Assembly: GCA_958296195.1 (NCBI GenBank)
Contig: OY282455.1
Coordinates: 3,829,809 to 3,893,808, forward strand
Length of the DNA stretch: 64,000 nt
DNA from: an uncultured Pseudomonadales bacterium
GTDB taxonomy: Bacteria > Pseudomonadota > Gammaproteobacteria > Pseudomonadales > Azotimanducaceae
Direction: 5' to 3'
Shown: one piece after another, positions 18,446-28,336 of the stretch
Position numbering within the stretch: position 1 is the first letter of the stretch
How the letters are laid out: every line of letters begins with the position of its first letter
Notes under the pieces: model-generated
Databases searched by the model: none
Told to the model about the DNA's origin: nothing
What the model saw: the letters and a program-made list of their open reading frames with translations, nothing else
Made by a program: the position numbers and the translations under genes

Positions 18446-20833
18446 ATGAAGTTCAGCGAAGCTTGGCTGCGCGAGTGGGTCAATCCAGCCATCAACCGTG
18501 CGCAACTGCTCGATCAGCTCACCATGGCCGGGCTTGAGGTCAAAGCCGTAACGCCGGTTGCCCCCAAGTCGGACGGCGTCGTGGTCGCTCGGGTGGAGCA
18601 AGTGGCGCTCCATCCCGCCAAGGGCCTGTCCGTCTGCCAAGTGAACGACGGCCGCGGCCGCCGACAGATCGTCTGCGGCGCCTCCAACCTGCAACCCGGC
18701 TTGGTTGCGGCGTTGGCGAAGGTCGGCGCGGTGCTGCCCGGCGGCGTCCGCATTGAGCAGGCCGACATCCACGGCGTCGCCTCCGCCGGCATGCTGTGCA
18801 GCGCCGCCGAACTAGGGCTTGGGGAGCGCAGCGACGGCATCCTGAACCTCGGCGCCGGCTACGAACTGGGCGCTGATCTAGGCGACGCCTTGACGTTGGA
18901 TGACGTCAGCATCGAAGTGGACCTTACGCCCAATCGCGGCGACTGCCTCAGCTTGCGCGGGCTGGCGCGGGAGCTGGGCACACTCAACAACCTGCCTGTG
19001 CAGCAGCAGCCGGCGCCGCCGGTGGCGGCGCAAATCGACGCCGCCCTAGCCGTGGACTTGGAGGCCGCCGAAGGGTGCCCCCGATATCTGGGGCGCGTCA
19101 TCCGCGGCCTGAACGCCAACGCCGAAACTCCGCTGTGGATGCAGGAGCGCTTGCGCCGCAGCGGCTTGCGCAGCATCGATCCGATAGTCGATGTCACCAA
19201 CTACGTCATGCTGGAGCTCGGCCAGCCCATGCACGCCTTTGACCTCGGCGCTCTAGTCGGGACTATCAGGGTGCGCTGGGCGCAGGCCGGAGAGGCGCTG
19301 CGCCTGCTCGACGGAAGCGAACTTCAGCTTGACCCATCGGTTCTGGTCATCGCCGACGCAGCCGGCGCGGTGGCCATCGCCGGGGTCATGGGCGGTGAGC
19401 GCAGCGGCGTGCGGCCCAACACCAGCGACGTCTTTCTGGAGTCCGCCTATTTCGACCCCCTGACCGTGGCCCGCACAGCGCGCCGGTTCGGCTTGCACAC
19501 TGACGCCTCGCATCGCTATGAACGCGGTGTGGACTTCGATGCGCCGGCGATGGCGATGGAACGAGCGACGGGGCTTCTAACCAGCATCGCCGGCGGCTCT
19601 CCCGGCCCCACCCTAGCGTCCGAGCAGGCCGCCCACCTACCGCGCCGAAATCCGGTTTCCCTTCGACAAAACCGCCTGCAGGAACTGGCCGGCCTAAACT
19701 TCGACGCCCAACAGGTGGACGCGCTGTTGGCGCGGTTGGGCTTCCGCTTGCTGGACCGGGCCGAAACAGAGGCAGAGGGTACCGTATGGACCATCGCCCC
19801 CCCTCCCCATCGCTTCGACATCAAGATCGAGGCGGATTTGATCGAGGAGGTCTGCCGCATCCAAGGCTACCCCAACATCCCCAGCATCCTGCCGGCGGCA
19901 CCCTTAGCGCCCCGCCCAGTCGCCTTGGAACGAAGCGGGGAGAGACAGTTGCAGGCGCAAATGGCCGGCGGCGGCTTTCAAGAGGTCATCACTTACAGCT
20001 TCGTGGATCCGCTGCGCCAAGAATTGCTGGACCCCAAGGCGGAGCGCTTGGTGCTGGCCAACCCAATGTCTTCAGAGCAGTCGGTGATGCGCACGAACCT
20101 TTTGCCGGGCCTGACCGAAGCCTTGCGCTTCAACCAGAGCCGTCAGCAAAGGCGGGCGCAGCTATTCGAACTCGGCCTATGCTTCAGGCCCGGCGCCGCC
20201 TTGCAGCAGGTATTGATGCTCGGCGGCCTGATGTGGGGCGAACGCGGCCTCGAATCCTGGCATGAGCAGCACGCCGGCATGGATTTCTTTGATTTGAAGG
20301 GTGCCGTAGAGCGCCTGCTCGAGTGGGCCTTGGGAGACCTCGACGCCGTCACCTTCAAGGCCACGCAAGACCAGGTGCTGCATCCCGGCCAGCGGGCGAC
20401 CATCGTTGTTGACGGCGACGCGGTCGGGCGTCTAGGGCGCCTGCATCCCGAAATTGAGCAGCGCCTGCAGCTCGGCGACGGCGTTTACGTCTTTGAAATC
20501 ACTGGCGAGGCGATTCTAGCCCGCCCGCTGCGCAAGTTCGCGGAAATCCCCAAAACGCCCAGCGCCCGGCGGGATCTGGCGGTGGTTGTGGATGAGGCGG
20601 TCAGCGCCCAGCAAATCCGCGACACCTTGGCCAAAACCCTTGGAGCTACGCTAAAAGATCTGTGCCTTTTTGACGTGTATCGAAGCAAGGACATTGATTT
20701 ACATAAAAAAAGCATCGCCATCGGCTTGACCTTCCAAAGCTTTTCCTCAACACTAACCGACGCGGAAATATCGCGGCATCTGAACAAGGCCATTGCCGCT
20801 TTGCAAGCCGAACTGGGCGCTCGCATGCGCTAG
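18446..20833 (+). CDS. pheT: phenylalanine--tRNA ligase beta subunit
   Basis: MKFSEAWLREWVNP starts at the ATG at 18446. The ORF-track start at 18182 overlaps pheS and was rejected. Confidence 0.95.
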   Translation: MKFSEAWLREWVNPAINRAQLLDQLTMAGLEVKAVTPVAPKSDGVVVARVEQVALHPAKGLSVCQVNDGRGRRQIVCGASNLQPGLVAALAKVGAVLPGGVRIEQADIHGVASAGMLCSAAELGLGERSDGILNLGAGYELGADLGDALTLDDVSIEVDLTPNRGDCLSLRGLARELGTLNNLPVQQQPAPPVAAQIDAALAVDLEAAEGCPRYLGRVIRGLNANAETPLWMQERLRRSGLRSIDPIVDVTNYVMLELGQPMHAFDLGALVGTIRVRWAQAGEALRLLDGSELQLDPSVLVIADAAGAVAIAGVMGGERSGVRPNTSDVFLESAYFDPLTVARTARRFGLHTDASHRYERGVDFDAPAMAMERATGLLTSIAGGSPGPTLASEQAAHLPRRNPVSLRQNRLQELAGLNFDAQQVDALLARLGFRLLDRAETEAEGTVWTIAPPPHRFDIKIEADLIEEVCRIQGYPNIPSILPAAPLAPRPVALERSGERQLQAQMAGGGFQEVITYSFVDPLRQELLDPKAERLVLANPMSSEQSVMRTNLLPGLTEALRFNQSRQQRRAQLFELGLCFRPGAALQQVLMLGGLMWGERGLESWHEQHAGMDFFDLKGAVERLLEWALGDLDAVTFKATQDQVLHPGQRATIVVDGDAVGRLGRLHPEIEQRLQLGDGVYVFEITGEAILARPLRKFAEIPKTPSARRDLAVVVDEAVSAQQIRDTLAKTLGATLKDLCLFDVYRSKDIDLHKKSIAIGLTFQSFSSTLTDAEISRHLNKAIAALQAELGARMR

Positions 20834-20915
20834 GTAAGGTGGGTTTGCCCTTAGCAAGCGTCAACAGAAACGCCGGGCGGCCAGCCGATGCGGTCCACTG
20901 GGGGGGCTGGATTTT

Positions 20916-21224
20916 GTGGCAGCGCTGACCAAAGCACAGATGGCGGAGCGCCTGTTCGACGAGCTGGGCCTGAACAAGCGTGAAGCCAAAGAGATTGTCG
21001 AGACGTTCTTTGAAGAGCTTGTGCGATGCCTTGAGCGCAACGAACAGGTCAAACTGTCCGGCTTCGGCAATTTCGGCCTGCGCGACAAGAGCGAACGTCC
21101 GGGCCGCAACCCCAAGTCCGGCCAAGGCGTTCCCATATCGGCTAGGCGCGTGGTGACTTTTCATTCCGGGCAGAAGCTGAAGGCCAGAGTGAGCGCCTAT
21201 GCCGGAACCGAATCAGAAAGCTAA
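20916..21224 (+). CDS. ihfA: integration host factor subunit alpha
   Basis: [33 protein letters not shown]...[23 protein letters not shown] start. Confidence 0.9.
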   Translation: MAALTKAQMAERLFDELGLNKREAKEIVETFFEELVRCLERNEQVKLSGFGNFGLRDKSERPGRNPKSGQGVPISARRVVTFHSGQKLKARVSAYAGTESES

Positions 21225-21552
21225 ACTGCCCCCCATTCCCGCCAAGCGCTACCTGACCATCAGCGAGGTCAGCAAACTGCTGGGCGTGGCGCCTCATGTT
21301 CTGCGCTACTGGGAGCAGGAGTTTCCACAGTTGCAGGTCGAGCGGCGCCGCAAGCGGCGTTACTACCAGCAGCGCGACCTACTGGTGATCGAGCGGATTC
21401 GAGCGCTGCTCCGCGACCAAGGCTTCACCATCAGCGGCGCCCGACAACACCTTCAGGGGACCGATGTCCGCAAGGGCGAAACTCAGTCAAAGCTGCTGTT
21501 GCGCCAACTCATCGGCGAACTGGAAAGCCTGTTGCAGGCTATTAGGGTCTGA
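21199..21552 (+). CDS. MerR-family transcriptional regulator
   Basis: The HTH is [24 protein letters not shown]. The position after ihfA is conserved in many gammaproteobacteria. Confidence 0.8.
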   Translation: MPEPNQKAKLPPIPAKRYLTISEVSKLLGVAPHVLRYWEQEFPQLQVERRRKRRYYQQRDLLVIERIRALLRDQGFTISGARQHLQGTDVRKGETQSKLLLRQLIGELESLLQAIRV

Positions 21553-21659
21553 CCTTCACCGCACCCCCGTTTGCGAAAAGCACCAACGCCAGCCCGGACC
21601 AAGGCCGCCAACGCGCCTTCCGAACGAGCCGGGCATGGAGTATGATTCCACCTCGCGGA

Positions 21660-21736
21660 CGGGGCGTAGCGCAGTCTGGTAGCGCACTTGACTGGGGGTC
21701 AAGTGGTCGCAGGTTCAAATCCTGCCGTCCCGACCA
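21660..21736 (+). tRNA. tRNA-Pro (anticodon GGG)
   Basis: CGGGGCGTAGCGCAGTCTGGTAGCGCACTTGACTGGGGGTCAAGTGGTCGCAGGTTCAAATCCTGCCGTCCCGACCA. 77 nt, anticodon loop CTGGGGG. Confidence 0.9.
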
Positions 21737-21796
21737 ATCACAATGGAGCAAGGACCGGCGCAAGGGACGCCGCCAATAATTCGGAGGACAAAACCA

Positions 21797-23290
21797 ATGG
21801 CGGAGCGACTGCCCCTGTTCATCAACGGCAAATTCGTTGACAGCGAAAGCAACGAAACCCTGCCGGTGCGGGACCCGGCCACCCAGGAAGTATTGGCGGA
21901 ACTGCCCTTCGCCAGCCAGAAGGAGGTCGATCAAGCCGTCGCCAGCGCCAAGGACACCTTCAATGTTTGGCGGGAGACTCCCACCCCGGAGCGGGCCCGC
22001 TTGATGCTGCGCTACCAGGATTTGCTCAAGCAGCACCAAAACGACATCGCCAAAATACTCAGCCGCGAAACCGGCAAGACCTTTGCGGACGCCCAAGGCG
22101 ATGTCTGGCGGGGCATTGAAGTGGTGGAGCACGCCTGCAGCATCGCCAGCCTGATGATGGGCGAGACGGTGGAGAACGTGGCCGGCCGCATCGACACCTA
22201 CAGCTACACCCAGCCCTTGGGCGTGTGCGCCGGCATCACGCCATTCAACTTCCCCGCCATGATCCCGCTCTGGATGTTTCCCCTCTCCATAGCTTGCGGC
22301 AACACTTTCGTGCTGAAGCCCTCGGAGCAGGATCCGATGACGCCCAATCGGCTCACGGAGCTGTTCGTGGAGGCGGGGGCTCCGGAGGGCGTCCTGCAGG
22401 TCATCCACGGCGGCAAGGATCAGGTCAACGCCTTGCTCACCCACCCGGACATTCGCGCCATCTCCTTCGTCGGCTCGGTGCCGGTGGCGCAGCACGTTTA
22501 CCGCACCGGCACCGAGCACCTCAAGCGGGTGCAGGCGATGGCCGGGGCCAAGAACCACATGGTCATCATGCCGGACGCCAACAAGGCGCAAGTCATCAAC
22601 AATCTGGTCGGCTCCTCCTGCGGTGCGGCCGGGCAGCGCTGCATGGCCATCAGCGTGGCGGTTTTTGTCGGCGAGGCGGCCAGTTGGATCCCGGAGCTGC
22701 GGGACGCCATGGCCGCAGTGCGCCCCGGCCCCTGGGATGACGAAAGCGCCGCCTACGGCCCGCAGATCACCCCCCAAGCCAAGGAGCGCATCCTCGGATT
22801 CATCGCCGCCGGCAAGCGCGAAGGCGCAGATTGCCTGCTGGACGGCTCCGACTGCGTCGTGGAGGGCTATCCCGAAGGAAACTGGGTGGGGCCGACGCTG
22901 TTCAACAGGGTTTCCAACGACATGAGCATCTATCAAGAGGAAATTTTCGGGCCAGTGTTGCTGTGCGCCGAGACTTCAGGCCTTGATGAGGCCATCGGCA
23001 TGATCAACGCCAACCCCTACGGCAATGGCACATCCATCTTCACGTCCTCCGGCGGCGCGGCGCGCAAGTTCCAGCACGAGATAGAGGTCGGCCAAGTGGG
23101 CATCAACATTCCCATACCGGTGCCGCTGCCCTTCTTCAGCTTCACCGGCTGGCGGCAGTCCTTTTTTGGCGACCAGCACGCCTACGGCAAGCAGGCGGTG
23201 AAGTTCTACACCGAAACCAAGACGGTGACGGCCAGATGGTTTGATGATGCGCCGGCAAGCGGGCCCAACATGACCATCAAGCTGTCATAA
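21797..23290 (+). CDS. mmsA: CoA-acylating methylmalonate-semialdehyde dehydrogenase
   Basis: [18 protein letters not shown]..., an aldehyde dehydrogenase fold. A GGAGGA RBS precedes the ATG at 21797. The longer ORF start abuts tRNA-Pro. Confidence 0.85.
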   Translation: MAERLPLFINGKFVDSESNETLPVRDPATQEVLAELPFASQKEVDQAVASAKDTFNVWRETPTPERARLMLRYQDLLKQHQNDIAKILSRETGKTFADAQGDVWRGIEVVEHACSIASLMMGETVENVAGRIDTYSYTQPLGVCAGITPFNFPAMIPLWMFPLSIACGNTFVLKPSEQDPMTPNRLTELFVEAGAPEGVLQVIHGGKDQVNALLTHPDIRAISFVGSVPVAQHVYRTGTEHLKRVQAMAGAKNHMVIMPDANKAQVINNLVGSSCGAAGQRCMAISVAVFVGEAASWIPELRDAMAAVRPGPWDDESAAYGPQITPQAKERILGFIAAGKREGADCLLDGSDCVVEGYPEGNWVGPTLFNRVSNDMSIYQEEIFGPVLLCAETSGLDEAIGMINANPYGNGTSIFTSSGGAARKFQHEIEVGQVGINIPIPVPLPFFSFTGWRQSFFGDQHAYGKQAVKFYTETKTVTARWFDDAPASGPNMTIKLS

Positions 23291-23426
23291 GGCAGGGGAA
23301 CGGCCGTGGCGGTTTTACGGAGCACGACAAACGGTTGTCGGGAATTAACCTAGGGCAAGAGGGGCTTAGCCAGCAGGCGTCGTCGAACCGGCGCTCGAGC
23401 TGCGAAACGGCAAGCAGGCAGGGCTT

Positions 23427-23966
23427 ATGGTGATTTTGGAAACCAAGAGGCTGCGGTTAAGACCCCTTGCAGAGGCGGACATTCCCGCCCTGCACCGCTT
23501 CTGGACCCAACCGGGCGTACGCCGCTACCTGTGGGACAACGTCATCATCTCCGTCAAACGGGTGGCGGAAATCGTCGCCGGGAGCACCGCCTTCTTTGAC
23601 CAATGCGGCTCCGGTTTCTTCGCCATCGAGTCCAAGGACGGTTCAGGCGCATTGCTGGGCTTCTGCGGCCACCGACAGTTCGAGGATGGGGAGACGGTGG
23701 AACTGCTGTACGGCATCCTGCCGGAATACACGGGGGACGGCTTGGTCACGGAAGCGGCCACCGAGGTGATGCGCCACGGCTTCCAGGACTGCGGCTTCGA
23801 GAAGGTCATCGCGGTGACGGACACGCCCAACCAAAAGTCCGTGAATGTCATGCAACGCTTGGGCATGGTGTTCCTGCATCGGCGCGAGTGGCACGGCCTC
23901 GATACGGTCTTCTACGCCATGGAAAAAGCGGATTTCGCGCACCAACGCCTGGGCGCCGATGCCTAA
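23427..23966 (+). CDS. GNAT-family N-acetyltransferase (RimJ/RimL-like)
   Basis: 179 aa. TKRLRLRPLAEADIPALHRFW is a typical N-terminus. Confidence 0.75.
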   Translation: MVILETKRLRLRPLAEADIPALHRFWTQPGVRRYLWDNVIISVKRVAEIVAGSTAFFDQCGSGFFAIESKDGSGALLGFCGHRQFEDGETVELLYGILPEYTGDGLVTEAATEVMRHGFQDCGFEKVIAVTDTPNQKSVNVMQRLGMVFLHRREWHGLDTVFYAMEKADFAHQRLGADA

Positions 23967-24246
23967 AGCCTGCCTGTTGCGCATAGACCTGCATTTCAGC
24001 GGCTGCCGCTCCCTCAAGGAGAAACGCCAGCGCCTGCGCGGGCTGCGGGACCGGCTGGGGCAAGCCAGCAACGTGGCGGTCTGCGAGAGCGGCCACCAAA
24101 ACGCCCACCAACGCTCCGAATGGAGCATCATCGCGCTGGCTGCCGACGCCGTGGTGGTGGAGAGGATTCTGGCCGACGCCGAGCGCTTGGTGGAGCGATC
24201 CCTAGACGCCCAATTGGTCGGCGCCGAGCGCGAATGGCTATGCTGA
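23959..24246 (+). CDS. DUF503-family protein
   Basis: MPKACLLRIDLHFSGCRSLKEKRQRLRGLRDRL. It overlaps the GNAT stop by 8 bp. Confidence 0.65.
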   Translation: MPKACLLRIDLHFSGCRSLKEKRQRLRGLRDRLGQASNVAVCESGHQNAHQRSEWSIIALAADAVVVERILADAERLVERSLDAQLVGAEREWLC

Positions 24247-24391
24247 CTCGCCGCACCGGTCTCAGGGAGCGCATCTTCGCAAACGGATCCCCACGAGTCG
24301 ATCAGAGCGGGATGGGCCAAAAGCGGTTTGACGCCATCCGTCCGCTACGGCGCGCGTCATCCTAGACTACGGACAACGCAGCAGCTCCCTC

Positions 24392-25285
24392 ATGCAAGAG
24401 TCCCTGAAACCACTGGTTGCGGTCGCCGAAACCCTCGCCGCGCGCCTGCTGCGCTTGCTGCCTGAGCGTGCCGAGGTGGACTGGAGCGCGGCTTCGGCAG
24501 CTTTTTGGCATGGCAACGGCTTGGACCGAGGGCTCTCAACACACGGTGACATCGACGACATCGACTTGGACGACCTTCGGGAAATAGACGACCAAAAGGC
24601 TCGCATCGTTGCCAATACACGGCAGTTCCTAGCCGGCTATCCCGCCAACAACGCCCTACTTTGGGGAGCGCGGGGCACCGGCAAGTCATCTCTCATCCAT
24701 GGCCTGCTGAACGAGTTCGCACCCACCGGGCTACGGCTGGTCGAAGTCCACAAGACGCAGTTGGCGGCGCTGCCGGAAATCGCCCAGCGACTGCGGGACG
24801 AACCCTACAAGTTCGTGCTGTTTTGCGACGATCTTTCGTTCGAGGCCAACGACGACGCCTCCAAGTCCCTGAAAAGCGCCTTGGAGGGCTCCATATTCAA
24901 GGGGTGCGGCAACGCGGTCATCTACGCCACCTCCAATCGCCGCCATCTGCTACCGGAGACGATGGCGGACAACCAAGGCGCCGGCTTTGTTGAAGGCGAA
25001 CTGCATCAAGGAGACGCACTGGAGGAGAAGATTTCCCTGTCCGACCGCTTCGGACTCTGGCTGTCGTTCCACCCGTTTCGGCAGGCCGCTTACTTGGCGA
25101 TTGCCCGTCACTGGATTGGAGCCTTGGCGGAGCGCCACCAAGCACCGGTTCAATGGAACGAGGAATTGCAGGCCGCCGCCCTGCGTTGGGCGCTGGGCCG
25201 GGGCGCCCGCAACGGTCGCACCGCCCAGCACTTCGCCAAGCACTGGGTCGGGCAGGCCCTGCTTGAAGCCGAAGCCAATGTTTGA
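24392..25285 (+). CDS. AAA-type ATPase, DUF815 family
   Basis: Walker A LLWGARGTGKSS and Walker B-like FVLFCDDLSFE. Confidence 0.75.
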   Translation: MQESLKPLVAVAETLAARLLRLLPERAEVDWSAASAAFWHGNGLDRGLSTHGDIDDIDLDDLREIDDQKARIVANTRQFLAGYPANNALLWGARGTGKSSLIHGLLNEFAPTGLRLVEVHKTQLAALPEIAQRLRDEPYKFVLFCDDLSFEANDDASKSLKSALEGSIFKGCGNAVIYATSNRRHLLPETMADNQGAGFVEGELHQGDALEEKISLSDRFGLWLSFHPFRQAAYLAIARHWIGALAERHQAPVQWNEELQAAALRWALGRGARNGRTAQHFAKHWVGQALLEAEANV

Positions 25286-25326
25286 CGCAACAGCCTCTCG
25301 TAAGTCAACGGCAAGAACAGCCTAGC

Positions 25327-27207
25327 ATGTGCGGCATCACCGGCATCCACCACTACGGCGGCGCGAACGCCCACGCCGACATCGTGCGGCGCATGACCCG
25401 GAGCCTGAACCATCGGGGACCGGACGACTGTGGCCTGCATGTCACCGGATCGATTGGCCTAGGCCACACCCGGTTAAGCATTATCGATCTTTCCGCCGCC
25501 GGACGGCAGCCGATGCATTCCGAAGACGGCCGCTGCACGCTGAGCTACAATGGCGAGGTCTATAATTTCTCCGAACTGCGCAACACCTTGGAGGCCAAGG
25601 GGCACCGCTTCCGCGGCAAATCGGACACCGAGGTGGTTCTGCGTTCCTACATCGAATGGGGCACGGACTGCTTTCGTCGGTTCGAGGGCATGTTCGCCTT
25701 GGCGCTTTGGGACGAGGCGCAGCAACGCCTGCTCCTAGCCCGAGACTGCTTCGGCATCAAACCCCTCTATTACTACGACTCCGGTGCTGCACTATTCTTC
25801 GGTTCCGAAATCAAGGCGCTGCTGGCGTCAAAAGCGGTGACGCCGCGAATCAACTGGGCGGGCGTTCACGAATATCTGTGCTTCGGCGCAGCCTTGGGGG
25901 CCAACACCACCTATGACGGCATTCACAAGCTCCCGCCTGGACATCTGCTGAGTGCGGACGCCGATGGGGTGAAGATCGCCCAATACGCTTCCATGTTCGA
26001 GGCAACGCACGTGGCGGACGACCTTGCCAGCGCGGAGACCAAGGTGCGCACCTTGCTGGGAAGAGCGGTCAAGGACCACTTGGCCAGCGACGTGCCCGTC
26101 GGCGTTTTCCTGAGCGCCGGCATCGACTCCTCAGCAATCACCGCCTTCGCCAGCCAACAATACCCCGGACGGCTCACCACCTACACCGCCGGCTTCGACT
26201 TCGACTGGGAGGCCAGCGAACTGGCCGGGGCCCGGCAAGTGGCCGAGCGTTTCGGCACGGACCACCACGAACTGCACATCGGCGGCGAGAAGGTGGCACC
26301 CCTCATCGAACGCTTGGTTCGTTGTCACGACGGTCCGTTCGGCAATCCGGCCAACATTCCCTTATACCTGCTGTGCGAAGCCGTGGGCGGGCGGCACAAG
26401 GTCATTCTGACGGGGGAAGGCGGCGACGAACTGTTCGGCGGCTACCGAACCTATTGGCTGGCCGCTCTGCAGCGGCTGACGCCCTCCTTGCTGCGGGCGG
26501 GCCGCCGGCTTGGACATGTTGAGCGTTTGGTTCCGCGCCGCTGGGGCATGGCGAAACCCTTGCGGCACCTGCGCATCCTCACCCAGCTGGGGATGGATCC
26601 TTCTCAGGACATGGCCTTGCTGCGCTCCGTGGACAGCCCGGTGACAGCGCCCTTTGCGGGGCCGGCGCAAGCCATGCTGCAAGCCTCGGATCCGTTCCAG
26701 CGCTACCGGGAGCATTTCCATCAGTTCGCGAACTTGGATCCAGCGCAGCGCATGATGCGCACCGACTGCGGCATCCGCTTGACGGACCTATACTTTGAAA
26801 AGGCGGATCGGGCGAGCATGGCCCACGGCATTGAAGTTCGGGTGCCCTTGGTGGACAGGCAACTGGCGGCCTACGCCATGGGTCTGCCGGCCGCCTATAA
26901 GGTGCGGGGGCGAACCGGCAAGCTGATCCTGCGCCGGTCCTTGCGCGGTCTAGTGCCTGATGCCGTGCTGAACCGCCCCAAAACCGGCTTCTCCGTGCCC
27001 CTGCACCACTGGCTGCGCACCTCGTTGGTGGACTATCTGCGCTCCGTGCTGTTCGATGAAGCGACATTGCGCACGGGCTTGTTTGACCGCGTGGCGATGG
27101 AGCGGATGGTGCATGAGCATGAGCGCGGCCAGCGCAACCACGGCCAACTGCTCCACCACCTGCTCAACCTGGCGCTTTGGCTGCACGCTTATCGCGTGAT
27201 CGCTTAG
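25327..27207 (+). CDS. asnB: asparagine synthase (glutamine-hydrolysing) family amidotransferase
   Basis: MCGITGI has the N-terminal nucleophile Cys. The SGGIDSS-like PP-loop is LSAGIDSS. Confidence 0.85.
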   Translation: MCGITGIHHYGGANAHADIVRRMTRSLNHRGPDDCGLHVTGSIGLGHTRLSIIDLSAAGRQPMHSEDGRCTLSYNGEVYNFSELRNTLEAKGHRFRGKSDTEVVLRSYIEWGTDCFRRFEGMFALALWDEAQQRLLLARDCFGIKPLYYYDSGAALFFGSEIKALLASKAVTPRINWAGVHEYLCFGAALGANTTYDGIHKLPPGHLLSADADGVKIAQYASMFEATHVADDLASAETKVRTLLGRAVKDHLASDVPVGVFLSAGIDSSAITAFASQQYPGRLTTYTAGFDFDWEASELAGARQVAERFGTDHHELHIGGEKVAPLIERLVRCHDGPFGNPANIPLYLLCEAVGGRHKVILTGEGGDELFGGYRTYWLAALQRLTPSLLRAGRRLGHVERLVPRRWGMAKPLRHLRILTQLGMDPSQDMALLRSVDSPVTAPFAGPAQAMLQASDPFQRYREHFHQFANLDPAQRMMRTDCGIRLTDLYFEKADRASMAHGIEVRVPLVDRQLAAYAMGLPAAYKVRGRTGKLILRRSLRGLVPDAVLNRPKTGFSVPLHHWLRTSLVDYLRSVLFDEATLRTGLFDRVAMERMVHEHERGQRNHGQLLHHLLNLALWLHAYRVIA

Positions 27208-28336
27208 TTCCAGCAACCAAGGCGGCCAAGGCGGCTTGCAACTCGTCCGCTTCGTTGGTGATGGTGTGGACCTCCGGCGGCAAGGCGGCGGCGTTAGCCC
27301 GCCAACTCTCCCATTGCTCCGCCTCCACCACGCCGATTTCCGCAGCGGCGGCAGCCACGTCCTCGGCCTGCACCACCGCTCCAATGTCATGCTGCTGCAC
27401 CAAGGAAGCGTCTCCGCTGCCGGCCCGAACGATCAGCGGCTTGGCAAACAGGCAGGCGTCGTAGAGCCTGTTGGTTCGGGACCAGGCATCCGGGATGGTC
27501 GGGGGCTTGCCGGCCATGACCACGTCAATGTCCGCATAGAGCGCCGACAGGCTGTCCGGGTGCAGGTACGGACCGCGAAACTCGAACGCGGGATTGCCGG
27601 CCACCGTGCTCTGAACTTTCTTTTCATCCAAGGGATAGTGGGGCTCTCCGGCCAACAGAACCGAATAGCGCTTGGGCCTCGCTCGGGTCAACGCATCAAG
27701 CACGGACAACGACCATTCGTCCCGCAGCAAGCCAAACCACCCGATACGCAGCGGGCGGCCGTTCAGGGGGGCAGCGGTCCGACCGCAAGGCGAGTCGGCA
27801 CGGACCGCCGCGCCGTAAGGCGCATCCAGTTTGTTTTCGATCACCATACGCGGCGTGGTTACCCCCAACCAGTCCTGGTAGTAGTTGTTGTAGCCTTCCG
27901 CCGTCAGCACCAGCAGCCGGCAGGCGCCGGTCAGGACTCTGTCGATCCTCCGAAACACCAGTCCTTGCAAGCCGCTATCCACCTGCACTTCCCTGATGTC
28001 ACCCACTTCCAAAACAATCGGTTTGCGCAGTCCGGCGCCAGCGATCAACGCCAACAACGCCATGTCGGGATTGAAGGCGTAAACCAAATCGTTGCGGCCA
28101 ACCGCCGCTCTGACCTTGGGCACGACGCAAGTCATCTTGAAAACCCGGCTAACGTAACGTGCGTGCTCGACGGGGCCGAGGGACTCGACCGGGCAATTTG
28201 GCAACCGGCCCGTGGAGAGATTGCGCTCAAAGCCCATGCTCTCGAACTTGCAGCCAATGCGTTGCAGCATGTCGATGCGCTTGGCCACCCGAGCCACGGT
28301 CAAGGTGGGCTGAAGGCTAAGAATGCGGATTGTCAT
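27164..28336 (-). CDS. glycosyltransferase (GT-B, family 4-like)
   Basis: MTIRILSLQPTL... starts at 28336 in an ATGA overlap with the flippase stop. The 3' end overlaps the convergent asnB by 44 bp. Confidence 0.65.
   Translation of the reverse strand: MTIRILSLQPTLTVARVAKRIDMLQRIGCKFESMGFERNLSTGRLPNCPVESLGPVEHARYVSRVFKMTCVVPKVRAAVGRNDLVYAFNPDMALLALIAGAGLRKPIVLEVGDIREVQVDSGLQGLVFRRIDRVLTGACRLLVLTAEGYNNYYQDWLGVTTPRMVIENKLDAPYGAAVRADSPCGRTAAPLNGRPLRIGWFGLLRDEWSLSVLDALTRARPKRYSVLLAGEPHYPLDEKKVQSTVAGNPAFEFRGPYLHPDSLSALYADIDVVMAGKPPTIPDAWSRTNRLYDACLFAKPLIVRAGSGDASLVQQHDIGAVVQAEDVAAAAAEIGVVEAEQWESWRANAAALPPEVHTITNEADELQAALAALVAGTKRSRDKRAAKAPG

Noticed and set aside
21542-22936. A 464-aa minus-strand ORF
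   Set aside because: It is antisense to mmsA and runs through the tRNA-Pro gene, so it is a shadow ORF.
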